Shown piece after piece: positions 47,781 to 57,553 of a stretch of 64,000 nt of DNA. Position numbers and translations under genes: made by a program. Positions within the stretch are counted from its first letter, which is position 1, and the number at the start of each line of letters is the position of its first letter. Source of the DNA: an uncultured candidatus Porisulfidus sp. (GTDB taxonomy: Bacteria > Pseudomonadota > Gammaproteobacteria > Poriferisulfidales > Poriferisulfidaceae); the NCBI GenBank assembly GCA_965116025.1, contig OZ220480.1:1951447-2015446 (forward strand), in the 5' to 3' direction. The notes beneath the pieces are model-generated. The model saw only the letters and a program-made list of their open reading frames with translations. It was not told the origin of the DNA and made no database searches.

Positions 47781-50153
47781 TCAAAAATCGTACGCCAAGG
47801 TCACGTAGCCGTTCCGGCGTTCGCCAAGGTACACGAAGCTCCCGCTGCGGTACGCCGCGGTATAGATGTCCTCATCGAAAACGTTGTTGACGTTCAGCCG
47901 CACGCTGAAATGCCGGCCAATCTTGTAGCTGGCGAAGATATCGGTCGACATGTAGCTCGGGACCTTGTAAGTGTATCGGTAGGTGCCGTGCGCGTTACTC
48001 CGGTAGGATGCCGCGGCGTCGGGCTGTCCCACGTACATCTCGCCCTTGTAGGTGACGGAAACGCCCGCCGCGGCCTGTTCCGTTAGCGCGTAGCGCAACT
48101 GAAGGTTCGCGCTCTCGTCGGCGAAATTGCCGAGATCTTTCCCGATGTCGTTCGGCTTGGAGCAAGTCGTCTGCCCGGTTCTTCTGCTCGTGCTGCAGAC
48201 CTCGTTCACCCCATCGCGATAAGAGTCCCGAATTTCCGAATTCATGAGCGCGGCGCTGAGCTGGACGCTCAGGGCCTCGGTGACGTTGCCAACCAGAGAG
48301 AACTCCACTCCCCGCACCCGATTCTCTCCGGTGTTGTAGGAGCCCGAAGTCTCGTAGGCGTTCGCCGAGGCCGATTCCATAACGTCATCCTTCGTGATCT
48401 GGAACGCCGCCACGGAAGCGAGCAGCTTGCGGTCCATCAAGTCCCACTTCATGCCCAGCTCGAAGTTCTCGGTATCTTCCGGATCTCCCAGCCCAATCGT
48501 CTCCGAGTCTCCGCAAATGCCTCCATAGCCGCAATTCCCTCCGACATCCGACTCCCCGCCATTGATATTGCTGGAAGTGCTGTAGGTGACATACACCATG
48601 GCGTCATCGAGAAATTCGTAGCTCAGGCTACCGTGGTAATTCCAAAGCTCGTCCGAGTACCGGTACGTGACCGGCGTCTGGCTGCCGAAAGGCAGCACCG
48701 TGTTCTTGTAGTCGAAGTCATCGTAGCGAATTCCCGCGAAGACGGTCAGTCTGTCGGTCAGGTCGAACGTGTCCATCACGTAGGCGGAGACCGTCTCTAC
48801 GTCGAAGTCAGCGTTGGAATTTCCCTTGCGGATCGTGCCCGACCAAAGCCGGGTGGGATCCAAACCGTCCGCAGCCGCCTGCCGATACTGCAACGATGGA
48901 CCGAACGCGCCATCACGATCCACGTAGCATGGCTCGGAAATCGCCTCGTCCGCGTCCTCGTCCCAGCATGCCGTGTCGATGTCATATCTCCCGTTCAAGA
49001 CATCCTCGTTCGTGTATTCGACCCCGAAAACGAGGCGGTGCTCCCGGCCCGCGATCTCGGCATCGTGAAAAAGATTCAACTGGTTGCCGAAATAGTCGGC
49101 CTCCTGCCAGCCATTATGCGAGCTGGTGACGCCCCGCGTGGTCGCGTTGGAGTTCACGTAGCCGTTTTTGGTCTCGCCATAGCGCATTCCATTTTCCAGC
49201 CGCAACGCGTCGCTGAACTCATAATGCGCCTTCAGCGTGGCCGCGTTGACTTCGGTATCCAGAAAATCGCGATCCCGCTGCACGTAGGTCGGCGGATTCT
49301 TCTCAGGCGTTCCGTCCACGAAATACGTGCCCAAATCCGGGATATCCTCCGCATTGAGGTGGTAGTAATCCGCGATCAGCTTCAATCGGTCCGTCGGCAG
49401 CCAGGTCGCGGAGAGCAACGCGCCCAAGCGCTCCTCGTCCGCGGGCCCCCGGTCAGGGATCTCCTTGTAGCTGTGCAGGAAGTTCACGCGCGCCGCGAGC
49501 GAATCGCTGATCCGCTTGTTGCCGTCAACGGTCACCCGATGGTACTCGTCCGTGCCCAGCCCTCCTCTCACGTTGATGAAATCGTATTCCGAGCTCGCCT
49601 TCTTGGTGATGGAATTCACGGCTCCGCCCGTCGAGCCCCGGCCCGCGAACGTGGAACTCGGTCCCTTGGTGATCTCGATCTGTTCCGTCGCGAAAGTCTC
49701 GCGGGTCGTCATGCCCGGATCGCGCAGGCCATCGACGAAAACGTCGCTGCGCGCCTCATGCCCGCGAATGATGTAGCGGTCGCCGAAGGCGTTGCCGTTC
49801 TCGCCAGTACCGATGGTGATGCCAGGAATGAAGCTGAGCACGTCCCTCAGGTCGGATTTTCCGGACTCCTCGATGCGGGTCTGCGTCAGGACCTCGATGG
49901 TCTGAGGCGTTTCCGCCAGTGGCTTGACGTGGCGCGAATCTCCAGATGTCCTCGCCTTGTAGGGCGCGCCGGCTTCCGAATAGGGGTTGGTATCGATCGT
50001 GCGCTCCTCGATTCTTAGAGTGTCGAGAACCACCGCCTCCTCGTCTTGCGCCGCGGCGAAGCCGCCGAACGCCATAGAGAGGCTCAGCGCCAAGGTCGTC
50101 TTCGGCAGGATATCGAAATCTTCCGCGTTCCTGTTTTGGGGTTGATTCTTCAT
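47781..50153 (-). CDS. TonB-dependent outer-membrane receptor
   Basis: 790 aa with signal peptide, TonB box, plug domain (…TVDGNKRIS…) and a C-terminal beta-barrel ending …VTLAYDF. Confidence 0.85.
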   Translation of the reverse strand: MKNQPQNRNAEDFDILPKTTLALSLSMAFGGFAAAQDEEAVVLDTLRIEERTIDTNPYSEAGAPYKARTSGDSRHVKPLAETPQTIEVLTQTRIEESGKSDLRDVLSFIPGITIGTGENGNAFGDRYIIRGHEARSDVFVDGLRDPGMTTRETFATEQIEITKGPSSTFAGRGSTGGAVNSITKKASSEYDFINVRGGLGTDEYHRVTVDGNKRISDSLAARVNFLHSYKEIPDRGPADEERLGALLSATWLPTDRLKLIADYYHLNAEDIPDLGTYFVDGTPEKNPPTYVQRDRDFLDTEVNAATLKAHYEFSDALRLENGMRYGETKNGYVNSNATTRGVTSSHNGWQEADYFGNQLNLFHDAEIAGREHRLVFGVEYTNEDVLNGRYDIDTACWDEDADEAISEPCYVDRDGAFGPSLQYRQAAADGLDPTRLWSGTIRKGNSNADFDVETVSAYVMDTFDLTDRLTVFAGIRYDDFDYKNTVLPFGSQTPVTYRYSDELWNYHGSLSYEFLDDAMVYVTYSTSSNINGGESDVGGNCGYGGICGDSETIGLGDPEDTENFELGMKWDLMDRKLLASVAAFQITKDDVMESASANAYETSGSYNTGENRVRGVEFSLVGNVTEALSVQLSAALMNSEIRDSYRDGVNEVCSTSRRTGQTTCSKPNDIGKDLGNFADESANLQLRYALTEQAAAGVSVTYKGEMYVGQPDAAASYRSNAHGTYRYTYKVPSYMSTDIFASYKIGRHFSVRLNVNNVFDEDIYTAAYRSGSFVYLGERRNGYVTLAYDF

Positions 50154-50170
50154 GAATTATCCTCTTCAAG

Positions 50171-51025
50171 TTAATGGTTGGTGATCAGCGAATATTCCAC
50201 GGGAACCGAGATCGTCAGCTCGTCGCGATCCATGTCGGCGGGAATGCCCGGCAACGGAGCGGCCCGCGCCAATATGCCCAGCGCCGCTTGGTCCAAGGCC
50301 GGGAAGCCAGACCCTTTCAGGATCCTCGAATCCAGAATCTCCCCGCGTCGATTTATGGAGAACCGCAACGTGACCGTCCCCTGCTTCTTCGCTTTCTTCA
50401 GGGCCGCGGGGTATTCCTTGTGGCGGTTCAGCCACGTCATGAGCCGGCTGAAATAATCCTTCACGCTCCCGCTTCGAGAGCCTGCCCTCTCGCCATCCCG
50501 AACTCCACTGCCCCGAATCATGGCGGGGCGCGTCCTGGACGCGATCTTCGTCGGCGCCACTTCCTGGCGCCTTGGCGACGCTCGGGTCGCCAAGGGCTCA
50601 GGCGCGTCTTGAAGATTCCGCGAAAGAATCTTCCGCCGTTCGGGGAGGACGATGTTCGGAAGGCTCGGCGGAAGTCTCGGAATCTTGATGGCTGGGATAT
50701 CCAGCGGCTCGGGGGCGGGCCGAACGTTTTCCTTAACGACCTCTTTCCGAGGAGATGAGGGCTTGGCCCCAGTCACTCTCTCCGGAGGCGCGGGGGAAGC
50801 ATCCACGGGAGATTCCTCGACCGCCTCAGGCTCCTCTTCCGTCGCCTTCCTGAGCATATCGGCATAAGAGCCAAGCGTCCCCAGTCCCACTTCCACGCCC
50901 GAAGCCCCCTCTCCCATTCCGCCGAACCGATCAAGTGAGTCGCTGAAGCCGACCATCGCCATCGCGACGAGCAGATGCAGGCTCGCCGCCAGCAGAAACG
51001 CCACGAGCCAGAGATGCGCGCTCAT
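50171..51025 (-). CDS. tonB: Energy transducer TonB
   Basis: N-terminal TM segment, Pro/Lys-rich linker (…KIPRLPPSLPNIVLPERRK…) and a C-terminal TonB domain (…GTVTLRFSINRRGEI…). Confidence 0.75.
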   Translation of the reverse strand: MSAHLWLVAFLLAASLHLLVAMAMVGFSDSLDRFGGMGEGASGVEVGLGTLGSYADMLRKATEEEPEAVEESPVDASPAPPERVTGAKPSSPRKEVVKENVRPAPEPLDIPAIKIPRLPPSLPNIVLPERRKILSRNLQDAPEPLATRASPRRQEVAPTKIASRTRPAMIRGSGVRDGERAGSRSGSVKDYFSRLMTWLNRHKEYPAALKKAKKQGTVTLRFSINRRGEILDSRILKGSGFPALDQAALGILARAAPLPGIPADMDRDELTISVPVEYSLITNH

Positions 51026-51474
51026 ACGCCGGGCGCCGCATGCGCGGGTCTGCTGAACAAGGTGATGGTCGAGATGTCGCGCGCGCGCAGAGCCCGGAGC
51101 AGACGATCCAAGTCCGCCGCTTTCGCCCGACGGTCCGCTTTGACCAAAACGCGGTCCAGGCCACCGCCCACCGTCAGCGTCTCGGCATCCAGGGATTCGA
51201 TCTTGATCGGACGATCATTCAGACTGATGGCGCCGTTCGCCGCCAGCGCCAGCGTGACCGAAGCGTCCTCCAGAGCCTTCTCGCTATCGGAGGTCGGCGG
51301 CTCAATGTCGCCCCCATAGGTCCGCTCGATCTGTCCAGCGACGAGGTAGAACACCAATAGCAAGAACACGATGTTGATCATCGGGATCATGTTGTCGTCC
51401 TGATGGCGTCTGGAGCGAGACGAGCGCGCGGCTCCCTCGACGAGAGGGTTCGATAGCATCGACACGGAACTCAC
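51022..51474 (-). CDS. exbD: Biopolymer transport protein ExbD/TolR (copy 2)
   Basis: MIPMINIVFLLLVFYLV TM helix and periplasmic ExbD domain. Overlaps neighbours by 4 nt. Confidence 0.8.
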   Translation of the reverse strand: MSSVSMLSNPLVEGAARSSRSRRHQDDNMIPMINIVFLLLVFYLVAGQIERTYGGDIEPPTSDSEKALEDASVTLALAANGAISLNDRPIKIESLDAETLTVGGGLDRVLVKADRRAKAADLDRLLRALRARDISTITLFSRPAHAAPGV

Positions 51475-51887
51475 CGCTCCTCCGCCGGCAACGCGCCACC
51501 CAGAATCGGTTCCAGCCCAAGCCCCTGCAAGCGCTCGATCGCGGACACGATGGTCTGCACGCTCGCGCGCGGCTCGCTCAGCAACACGAGGGGCCTCCCC
51601 GCGTCGAGGCGCTCAACGTCGCGGGCCGTGAGCGTCGCGTAGCGCTCGACCAGGAGATCGTCGCCACGCAGTTTCAGGCTCCCAGACTCGCCCAGCACGA
51701 GGATCTGCGGATCCAAGCGGTCGCTTCGCGCGCTCACGTCGACGGCGGGGGAACGGAAATCGATCGCGCGCCATCGCTCGAACGTCGAGGAAAGCATGAA
51801 GAACAGCAGCAGAATGAAGACCACGTCCACCAGTGGAGTGAGGCCAATAGAACGGCCGCGCGAGCGACGGGGCTGGATCTCGCTCAT
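51471..51887 (-). CDS. exbD: Biopolymer transport protein ExbD/TolR (copy 1)
   Basis: LTPLVDVVFILLLFFML TM helix and ExbD fold. 138 aa. Confidence 0.8.
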   Translation of the reverse strand: MSEIQPRRSRGRSIGLTPLVDVVFILLLFFMLSSTFERWRAIDFRSPAVDVSARSDRLDPQILVLGESGSLKLRGDDLLVERYATLTARDVERLDAGRPLVLLSEPRASVQTIVSAIERLQGLGLEPILGGALPAEER

Positions 51888-52558
51888 GCGCGGCGAACCT
51901 GATCTTGGACGAGCGACCGGCCGCTCGCCGCGCGCAACGCCAGCGCCTGGTCCAGATCGTCACGCATTCCGTCGGCGCAAATCTCGACTTTCCGCTCGAA
52001 CCAGTTATGCGCCAGCATCACGGGAATCGCGACGGCCAGCCCGACCGCCGTGGTGAGCAAGGCCTTCCAGATACCGCCGGAGAGGGTTGACGGATCGACC
52101 CGAGATCCCGCGGCCTCCATGGCCTGGAACGCCTCGATCATGCCCAGCACGGTGCCGAACAGGCCCAGAAGCGGGGAAAGCGTGAAAATCACCTCGAGCA
52201 GGCGCAGATGGCCGCGCAACCCGTTGATCGCCTCGCGCGCGATTCGCGTCGCCTCGGACCTGATGTCGTCAGCGGACAGGCCGGGGCGCTCAAAAAGGTC
52301 CAGAGCCCTAACCAGAACGGAAGCGGACAGACTCCCGCCCCGTGCTCGCAGGCTTTGGATCGCCCGCGTCCAGACTCCTCCTTCCAGTAATTCCCGCGTC
52401 TCCGGCGACATCGCCCGGGTCGCGGGTCTCGCCCGGAAGAACTGCCAGAACTTGGCGAAGCAGACCGTGAGCGCGGCGATGGAGAAGACGCCGAGAAGCC
52501 ATACGACAGGACCTCCCAGCGACAAGAACCGGATCAAACCGTCAACTAGAACTTCCAC
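51884..52558 (-). CDS. exbB: MotA/TolQ/ExbB proton-channel protein
   Basis: 224 aa with three TM segments and conserved …GLFGTVLGMIEAF… motif. Confidence 0.85.
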   Translation of the reverse strand: MEVLVDGLIRFLSLGGPVVWLLGVFSIAALTVCFAKFWQFFRARPATRAMSPETRELLEGGVWTRAIQSLRARGGSLSASVLVRALDLFERPGLSADDIRSEATRIAREAINGLRGHLRLLEVIFTLSPLLGLFGTVLGMIEAFQAMEAAGSRVDPSTLSGGIWKALLTTAVGLAVAIPVMLAHNWFERKVEICADGMRDDLDQALALRAASGRSLVQDQVRRA

Positions 52559-52603
52559 GGACCCTTGCCCTCCCTGGGCGAAATCACGCGCGCACTATAC
52601 CAT

Positions 52604-52640
52604 AAATAATAATCATTATCATTTGCAATATCATTATCAG
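52604..52640. promoter_or_regulatory. Fur box(es) in the divergent promoter region between exbB and the ALDH gene
   Basis: aataataatcattatcatt and gcaatatcattatcag match the GATAATGATAATCATTATC Fur consensus (the AATCATTATC core is exact). 45-80 bp upstream of exbB. Confidence 0.6.
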
Positions 52641-52825
52641 ACTATTGAGCCTGGGCGGGAGCGCCCGACTCCACGCTACCTCCCGATCAAACGCGCCGCC
52701 GAAACGCTCCCGCGAACGCGCGTCCAGCTCGCGCCAGCCGAATCCTCGCCCGCGCCGAATTAGCGCCATCGCCCAGGACGCATTTGGTTTAAAATGGATT
52801 CCCCATTCCGCTTATATCCGCTCTC

Positions 52826-54262
52826 ATGGAACACCATCCCGTCATAGCCCCCGGCATCGGGGACCGCGCCAAGCGAGCGACCGTCTACGCCCCTTGGGAC
52901 CGCTCGCCCATCGCCACGGTGGACATCATCGATGCCGACCAAGCGGACAAGGCTCTGCAGACCGCCTTCGCCATCTATCAGGACAAATCGCGCTGGCTGC
53001 CCCCCGCGAAACGCATCGAGATTCTGGAAAAAACCGCGCGCCTCATGGAGGAGCGCGCCGAGGAGCTGGCCGTGGAGGCGGCCCGCGAGGGAGGCAAGCC
53101 CCTGCCGGACTCCCAGGTCGAGGTCGCTCGGGCGATCGACGGCATGCGCAGTTGCGTGGAGACGCTGCGCACCGAGGCGGGCCGGGAGATCCCGATGAAT
53201 CTGAACGCCGCCTCGGCCCACCACATGGCGCTGACCCGCAAGTATCCGATCGGCGTGGTCCTCGCGTTCTCCGCGTTCAACCATCCGCTCAACCTGATCG
53301 TGCACCAAGTCGGCCCGGCCCTCGCCACCGGTTGCCCGGTCATCGTCAAGCCCGCGCTCGACACGCCCCTGTCGTGCATGCGCTTCGTGGAAACGCTGCG
53401 CCAAGCCGGGTTACCCGATGGCTACGCGCAAGCCGTCAACCTGGGCGACCACGCGGTGGCCGAACGAATGGTCTCGGACCCCCGAGTCGCGTTCTTCAGC
53501 TTCATCGGAAGCGGCGAGGTCGGATGGACGCTCCGCTCGAAGCTGGCGCCCGGCGCGCGTTGCGCGCTGGAACATGGCGGCATCGCCCCGGTGATCGTGG
53601 CGGCGGACGCCGACATCGACGATGCCCTGCCCCTGATGGCCAAGGGCGGGTTCTATCACGCCGGGCAGGTCTGCGTGTCGGTGCAACGGGTCTACGCCGA
53701 CCGAAGCGTGGCCCGGCGCGTCGCCGAAGGACTGGCCAAACTCGGCGACGGCATGAAGGTCGGCGACCCCACCGAAGCCGACACGGAGGTCGGCCCCCTG
53801 ATCCGCCCGGCCGAAGTGGACCGGGTGGAGACCTGGGTTCAGGAGGCCGTGGACGCGGGGGCGGAACGAATCAGCGGCGGGCGACGACTCTCGGACACCG
53901 CCTACCAGCCGACCGTGCTGCTGAACCCTCCGGCCGACGCCAAGGTCAGCGCCCGCGAGGTGTTCGGGCCCGTGATCTGCGTGTACGACTTCGACGACAT
54001 CGACGACGCCATCGCGCGCGCCAACGCCGGACCGTACTCGTTTCAGGCCGCCGTGTTCAGCCAGAACATCGACACCGCGCTGCATTGCTATCACCAGCTG
54101 GAGGCCGCCGCCGTGATGGTCAACGACCATACCGCGTTCCGAGTCGACTGGATGCCGTTCGCGGGGCTCAAGCAGTCGGGCCACGGCGTGGGCGGCATCC
54201 CCTACACCTACGAGGACATGCAGGTCGACAAGCTGATGGTCGTCCGCTCGCCTTCCCTCTAG
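52826..54262 (+). CDS. NAD(P)-dependent aldehyde dehydrogenase family protein
   Basis: 478 aa with ALDH catalytic motifs (…LEHGGIAP… Glu, …GQVCVSVQR… Cys). Confidence 0.85.
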   Translation: MEHHPVIAPGIGDRAKRATVYAPWDRSPIATVDIIDADQADKALQTAFAIYQDKSRWLPPAKRIEILEKTARLMEERAEELAVEAAREGGKPLPDSQVEVARAIDGMRSCVETLRTEAGREIPMNLNAASAHHMALTRKYPIGVVLAFSAFNHPLNLIVHQVGPALATGCPVIVKPALDTPLSCMRFVETLRQAGLPDGYAQAVNLGDHAVAERMVSDPRVAFFSFIGSGEVGWTLRSKLAPGARCALEHGGIAPVIVAADADIDDALPLMAKGGFYHAGQVCVSVQRVYADRSVARRVAEGLAKLGDGMKVGDPTEADTEVGPLIRPAEVDRVETWVQEAVDAGAERISGGRRLSDTAYQPTVLLNPPADAKVSAREVFGPVICVYDFDDIDDAIARANAGPYSFQAAVFSQNIDTALHCYHQLEAAAVMVNDHTAFRVDWMPFAGLKQSGHGVGGIPYTYEDMQVDKLMVVRSPSL

Positions 54263-54289
54263 AGACCGGAACGCGGCCCGCTCCTCACC

Positions 54290-55135
54290 ATGCGCCTGAC
54301 CGCGGCCGAGTTCCGCGCCCTCCCGCACAAGGCCGTCACCCTGCTCGGCATGTCGGGCGTGGGCAAGACCCGGCTATCCGAGCGCCTCGACAAGACGCGG
54401 TGGTTCCACTATTCCGGTGACTATCGGATCGGCACGCGCTATCTCAGCGAGAACATTCTCGACAACCTCAAGGCGAAGATGATGGAGGTGCCGTTCTTGG
54501 CGGACCTGCTGCGCTCGGACTCCATCTATATCTCCAACAACATCACCGTCGGCAATCTGGAGCCGGTCTCGACGTTTCTCGGAAAGCCCGGGAACCCCGA
54601 CCTCGGAGGCCTGTCGCTGCGGGAATTCAAGAACCGACTGCGACTCCACCACGATGCCGAGATCGAGGCCATGCGCGACGTCCCGTCGTTTATTCGCAAA
54701 GGACAGGAGATCTACGGCTACCCGCACCTCGTGAACGACGCCGGCGGCAGCCTGTGCGAGCTGCGGCGCCCAGACGTGTTCGAGCTGCTGGCCCAACATA
54801 CCCTGATCCTCTACATCCATGCCGACGACCGACAAATCGAGGAGCTGTGCGAGCGCCAAGCGAAAAGCCCCAAGCCCCTCTACTACCCGGAAGCCTTTCT
54901 GGACCAGTCGATCAAGAGTTTTCTGGGCGAGCGCGGGTTACGAGATTTCCAGGAAATCGATCCCGACGACTTCACCCGCTGGGCCTTCCCGCGATTGTCA
55001 CGGGACCGCCTGGAACGCTACCGGAGCATCGCGGACCAGTACGGCTACGCCGTGAGCATGGACGAGATCGGGGACGTTCGGAATTCCGACGACTTCGTCG
55101 ATCTGATCGCCCGGGCCATCACGCGCGCGGACTAG
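54290..55135 (+). CDS. P-loop NTPase / small-molecule-kinase-like protein (function unknown)
   Basis: Walker A LLGMSGVGKTRLSERL near the N-terminus, 281 aa. Resembles shikimate/gluconate-kinase-type P-loops. No confident family assignment. Confidence 0.5.
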   Translation: MRLTAAEFRALPHKAVTLLGMSGVGKTRLSERLDKTRWFHYSGDYRIGTRYLSENILDNLKAKMMEVPFLADLLRSDSIYISNNITVGNLEPVSTFLGKPGNPDLGGLSLREFKNRLRLHHDAEIEAMRDVPSFIRKGQEIYGYPHLVNDAGGSLCELRRPDVFELLAQHTLILYIHADDRQIEELCERQAKSPKPLYYPEAFLDQSIKSFLGERGLRDFQEIDPDDFTRWAFPRLSRDRLERYRSIADQYGYAVSMDEIGDVRNSDDFVDLIARAITRAD

Positions 55136-55140
55136 TTTCC

Positions 55141-56148
55141 ATGCCCCTGCTTCGCCTGCAGGACGCGCCCAGCCTGGACCGAGTCTCCCGAGAGGGCGCC
55201 CAGGTGGTTGAGCGCGTTCCAGAGGACGCGATTCGTCTGGACATCGGCTTGCTCAACATGATGCCGGACCGCGCGCTGGCCGCGACCGAAAGGCAGTTCC
55301 TGCGACTTCTGGACAGCCATGAGCGACGTTGCTGCGCCATGCGCTTCTTCACTATCGAGGGGATTTCCCGGGGAGAGACGGGCCGCGACCATCTGCGGCG
55401 ACTCTATCGCGACCGCTCGGAGATCGGCGACGCGGGTCTGGACGCCCTGATCATCACGGGCGCCAACGTCACCGAGCCCGATCTGACGAGCGAGCCGTTC
55501 TGGGAGGATCTCGCCGACGCGCTGCGACTCGCCGACCGGCTTCAGATACCCGTCTTCTGCTCCTGCCTGGCCGCGCACGCGTCCGCGCTAATCTTTCACG
55601 GGATCGCCCGCCGCCACCTGCCACGCAAGCGCTGGGGAATCTTCGACCACTCCGTCCTCAAGCCCGACCATCCCTTGGTCGCGCGCCTGCCGAGCCGGTT
55701 CGAGATGCCGCACTCGCGCTTCAACGAGATCCCGGAATCGGATTTGCGCGCGCGGGGCGTGGACATCCTGGTCTCGAGCCCGGTCGCCGGCGCGCAAATG
55801 GCGGTGGAGCCAGACGGTCGCCGATTGTATTTTCAGGGGCACCCGGAATACGAGGCCATCAGCTTGCTGAAAGAGTACAAGCGCGAGATCCTGCGCTATC
55901 TTTCCAAAGAGCGTGGAGATTATCCTCCGATGCCCGATAACGCGCTCAACGAGACGGCGGCCGGTCTCGCCCGGGGATTTCGGGAACGAGTCCTGTCGCT
56001 CGGTGGCGGAGCGGAACGAATCGGGGAATTTCCGGAGGAAGAGCTGGCGACCGGGACGCGCCATACTTGGGAAGACGTTTCCCGTCAGCTATTTCGCAAC
56101 TGGCTCGACTCCCTTCCGACGACAAATCAGGCCATCAGTCCCCACTGA
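55141..56148 (+). CDS. Homoserine O-acyltransferase (MetA/HTS) family protein
   Basis: GLLNMMPD motif and a conserved Cys/His/Glu catalytic triad context (…IPVFCSCLAAHA…, …GHPEYE…). Start at the ATG at 55141, 6 nt after the previous stop. Confidence 0.75.
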   Translation: MPLLRLQDAPSLDRVSREGAQVVERVPEDAIRLDIGLLNMMPDRALAATERQFLRLLDSHERRCCAMRFFTIEGISRGETGRDHLRRLYRDRSEIGDAGLDALIITGANVTEPDLTSEPFWEDLADALRLADRLQIPVFCSCLAAHASALIFHGIARRHLPRKRWGIFDHSVLKPDHPLVARLPSRFEMPHSRFNEIPESDLRARGVDILVSSPVAGAQMAVEPDGRRLYFQGHPEYEAISLLKEYKREILRYLSKERGDYPPMPDNALNETAAGLARGFRERVLSLGGGAERIGEFPEEELATGTRHTWEDVSRQLFRNWLDSLPTTNQAISPH

Positions 56149-56669
56149 CCGATCCGGTACAGCCCGCTCTGCAGAAAATACACCCCGAACAGGGCCACCA
56201 TGGGCGATAGGTCCAGCATTCCGGTATCTGGAAGAACGCCGCGGATTCGCATCAGCATCGGGGTGGTCAGGCTACGCGCCAGACTCAGAAACGGGTCCGC
56301 GGCCGCGGAGAACCGGACCCAGCTGGCTATCACCACGACGATCAGGGCGACCAAGTAGACGTTTAACGCCATCCCGAGGACCCGGGTCAGGGCGTACAGC
56401 GCGATTCCTGGGTACGACGCCTCCAGCCGCGCGGCCCCGCCGACGTACATGCGAACCAGTTCCAGCGCCAGCGCGATGACGAGCAGGGCGAGGTCCCAGT
56501 CCCGGACCGGCGGCACCACGCGCCGGACCCAGCGGTGCGGCAGATCGGTCACCCGCGCCAGAGCCTGCGAGACCGGGTTGTAGAAATCCGCTTGGTGGTA
56601 GGTCAGTAGCAGCCGCGCCAGAAAAGCGTACAGGTACAAGGTCAGGGCGAGCTGGAGGATGGCTTCCAT
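56127..56669 (-). CDS. yggT: YggT-family membrane protein
   Basis: Two YGGT-type repeats in a 180-aa hydrophobic protein. Adjacent to proC as in Pseudomonas. Confidence 0.8.
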   Translation of the reverse strand: MEAILQLALTLYLYAFLARLLLTYHQADFYNPVSQALARVTDLPHRWVRRVVPPVRDWDLALLVIALALELVRMYVGGAARLEASYPGIALYALTRVLGMALNVYLVALIVVVIASWVRFSAAADPFLSLARSLTTPMLMRIRGVLPDTGMLDLSPMVALFGVYFLQSGLYRIGQWGLMA

Positions 56670-56670
56670 G

Positions 56671-57510
56671 TCAGGCCCGGGCGTGCTCGTCGCCCATCTC
56701 CGCGGCCCGATTCCGCGCCGCCTCCATCGCGTCCCGAACCAACTCCCGGAACCCCGCCATCTCCAAGACGTTCAAGGCGGCCTCGGTCGTCCCGCCTCTC
56801 GACGTCACCTTGCGGCACAGCTCGTCCAAGGAATCTTCCGAGGAGACCGCCAGTTCCCGCGCCCCGCGAGCCGTCTCCAGCACCAGCAGGCGAGACTGGT
56901 CCTCGTCCAGGCCCATGTGGCGGGCCGCCTCGACCATCGCGCGCAGGAACAGGAAGAAATAGGCGGGACCGCTGCCCGAGACCGCGGTGGCGACATCCAT
57001 CAGGGACTCGTCCTCGACCCAGAGGATCTTTCCCACTCCCTCCATGATCCGGCCCGCCAGCGTCCGTCGCGCGCCGTCGACATCCGCGCGCGCGTACAGG
57101 ACGCTCATCCCGGCCCCGACCAGAGCCGGCGTGTTCGGCATGGCGCGCGCCACCGGGCAATGCCCGCCCGTCCAGCGCGCCAGATCGTCCGCGCGCGCGC
57201 CCGCCGCGACGCTCACCAGCAAGGGCCGGTCCACCACCATCCAAGGCGCGAGCTCGGTGGCGGTCGTCGACAACCGGTCGGGCTTGGTCGCGAACAGCAC
57301 GACATCGGGAGACGACTTCGAGTACGCCAGCGAGTTCTCGTAGTACAGCCGCGTCAGCCCGAGGCCCGCGGCCAGCGCCTGATGCGCCCGCGGATCGGGA
57401 TCGGACACCGTGATATCGTCCGCCTTCCAGCCGGACCGGACCAGCCCGCCCGCCAGCGAGCGACCCATGTTGCCGCCCCCGATCAAAAGGATTCTTGGAT
57501 TCTCAGGCAT
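56671..57510 (-). CDS. proC: Pyrroline-5-carboxylate reductase
   Basis: ILLIGGGNMGRSLAGGL Rossmann motif and ProC C-terminal dimerisation domain. Start at MPENPRIL. The upstream 33-aa extension in the track was rejected. Confidence 0.9.
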   Translation of the reverse strand: MPENPRILLIGGGNMGRSLAGGLVRSGWKADDITVSDPDPRAHQALAAGLGLTRLYYENSLAYSKSSPDVVLFATKPDRLSTTATELAPWMVVDRPLLVSVAAGARADDLARWTGGHCPVARAMPNTPALVGAGMSVLYARADVDGARRTLAGRIMEGVGKILWVEDESLMDVATAVSGSGPAYFFLFLRAMVEAARHMGLDEDQSRLLVLETARGARELAVSSEDSLDELCRKVTSRGGTTEAALNVLEMAGFRELVRDAMEAARNRAAEMGDEHARA

Positions 57511-57553
57511 CCACCATTCCCGCCCGCCGCGGAGGCAAGCTCCGATTCTCGCA

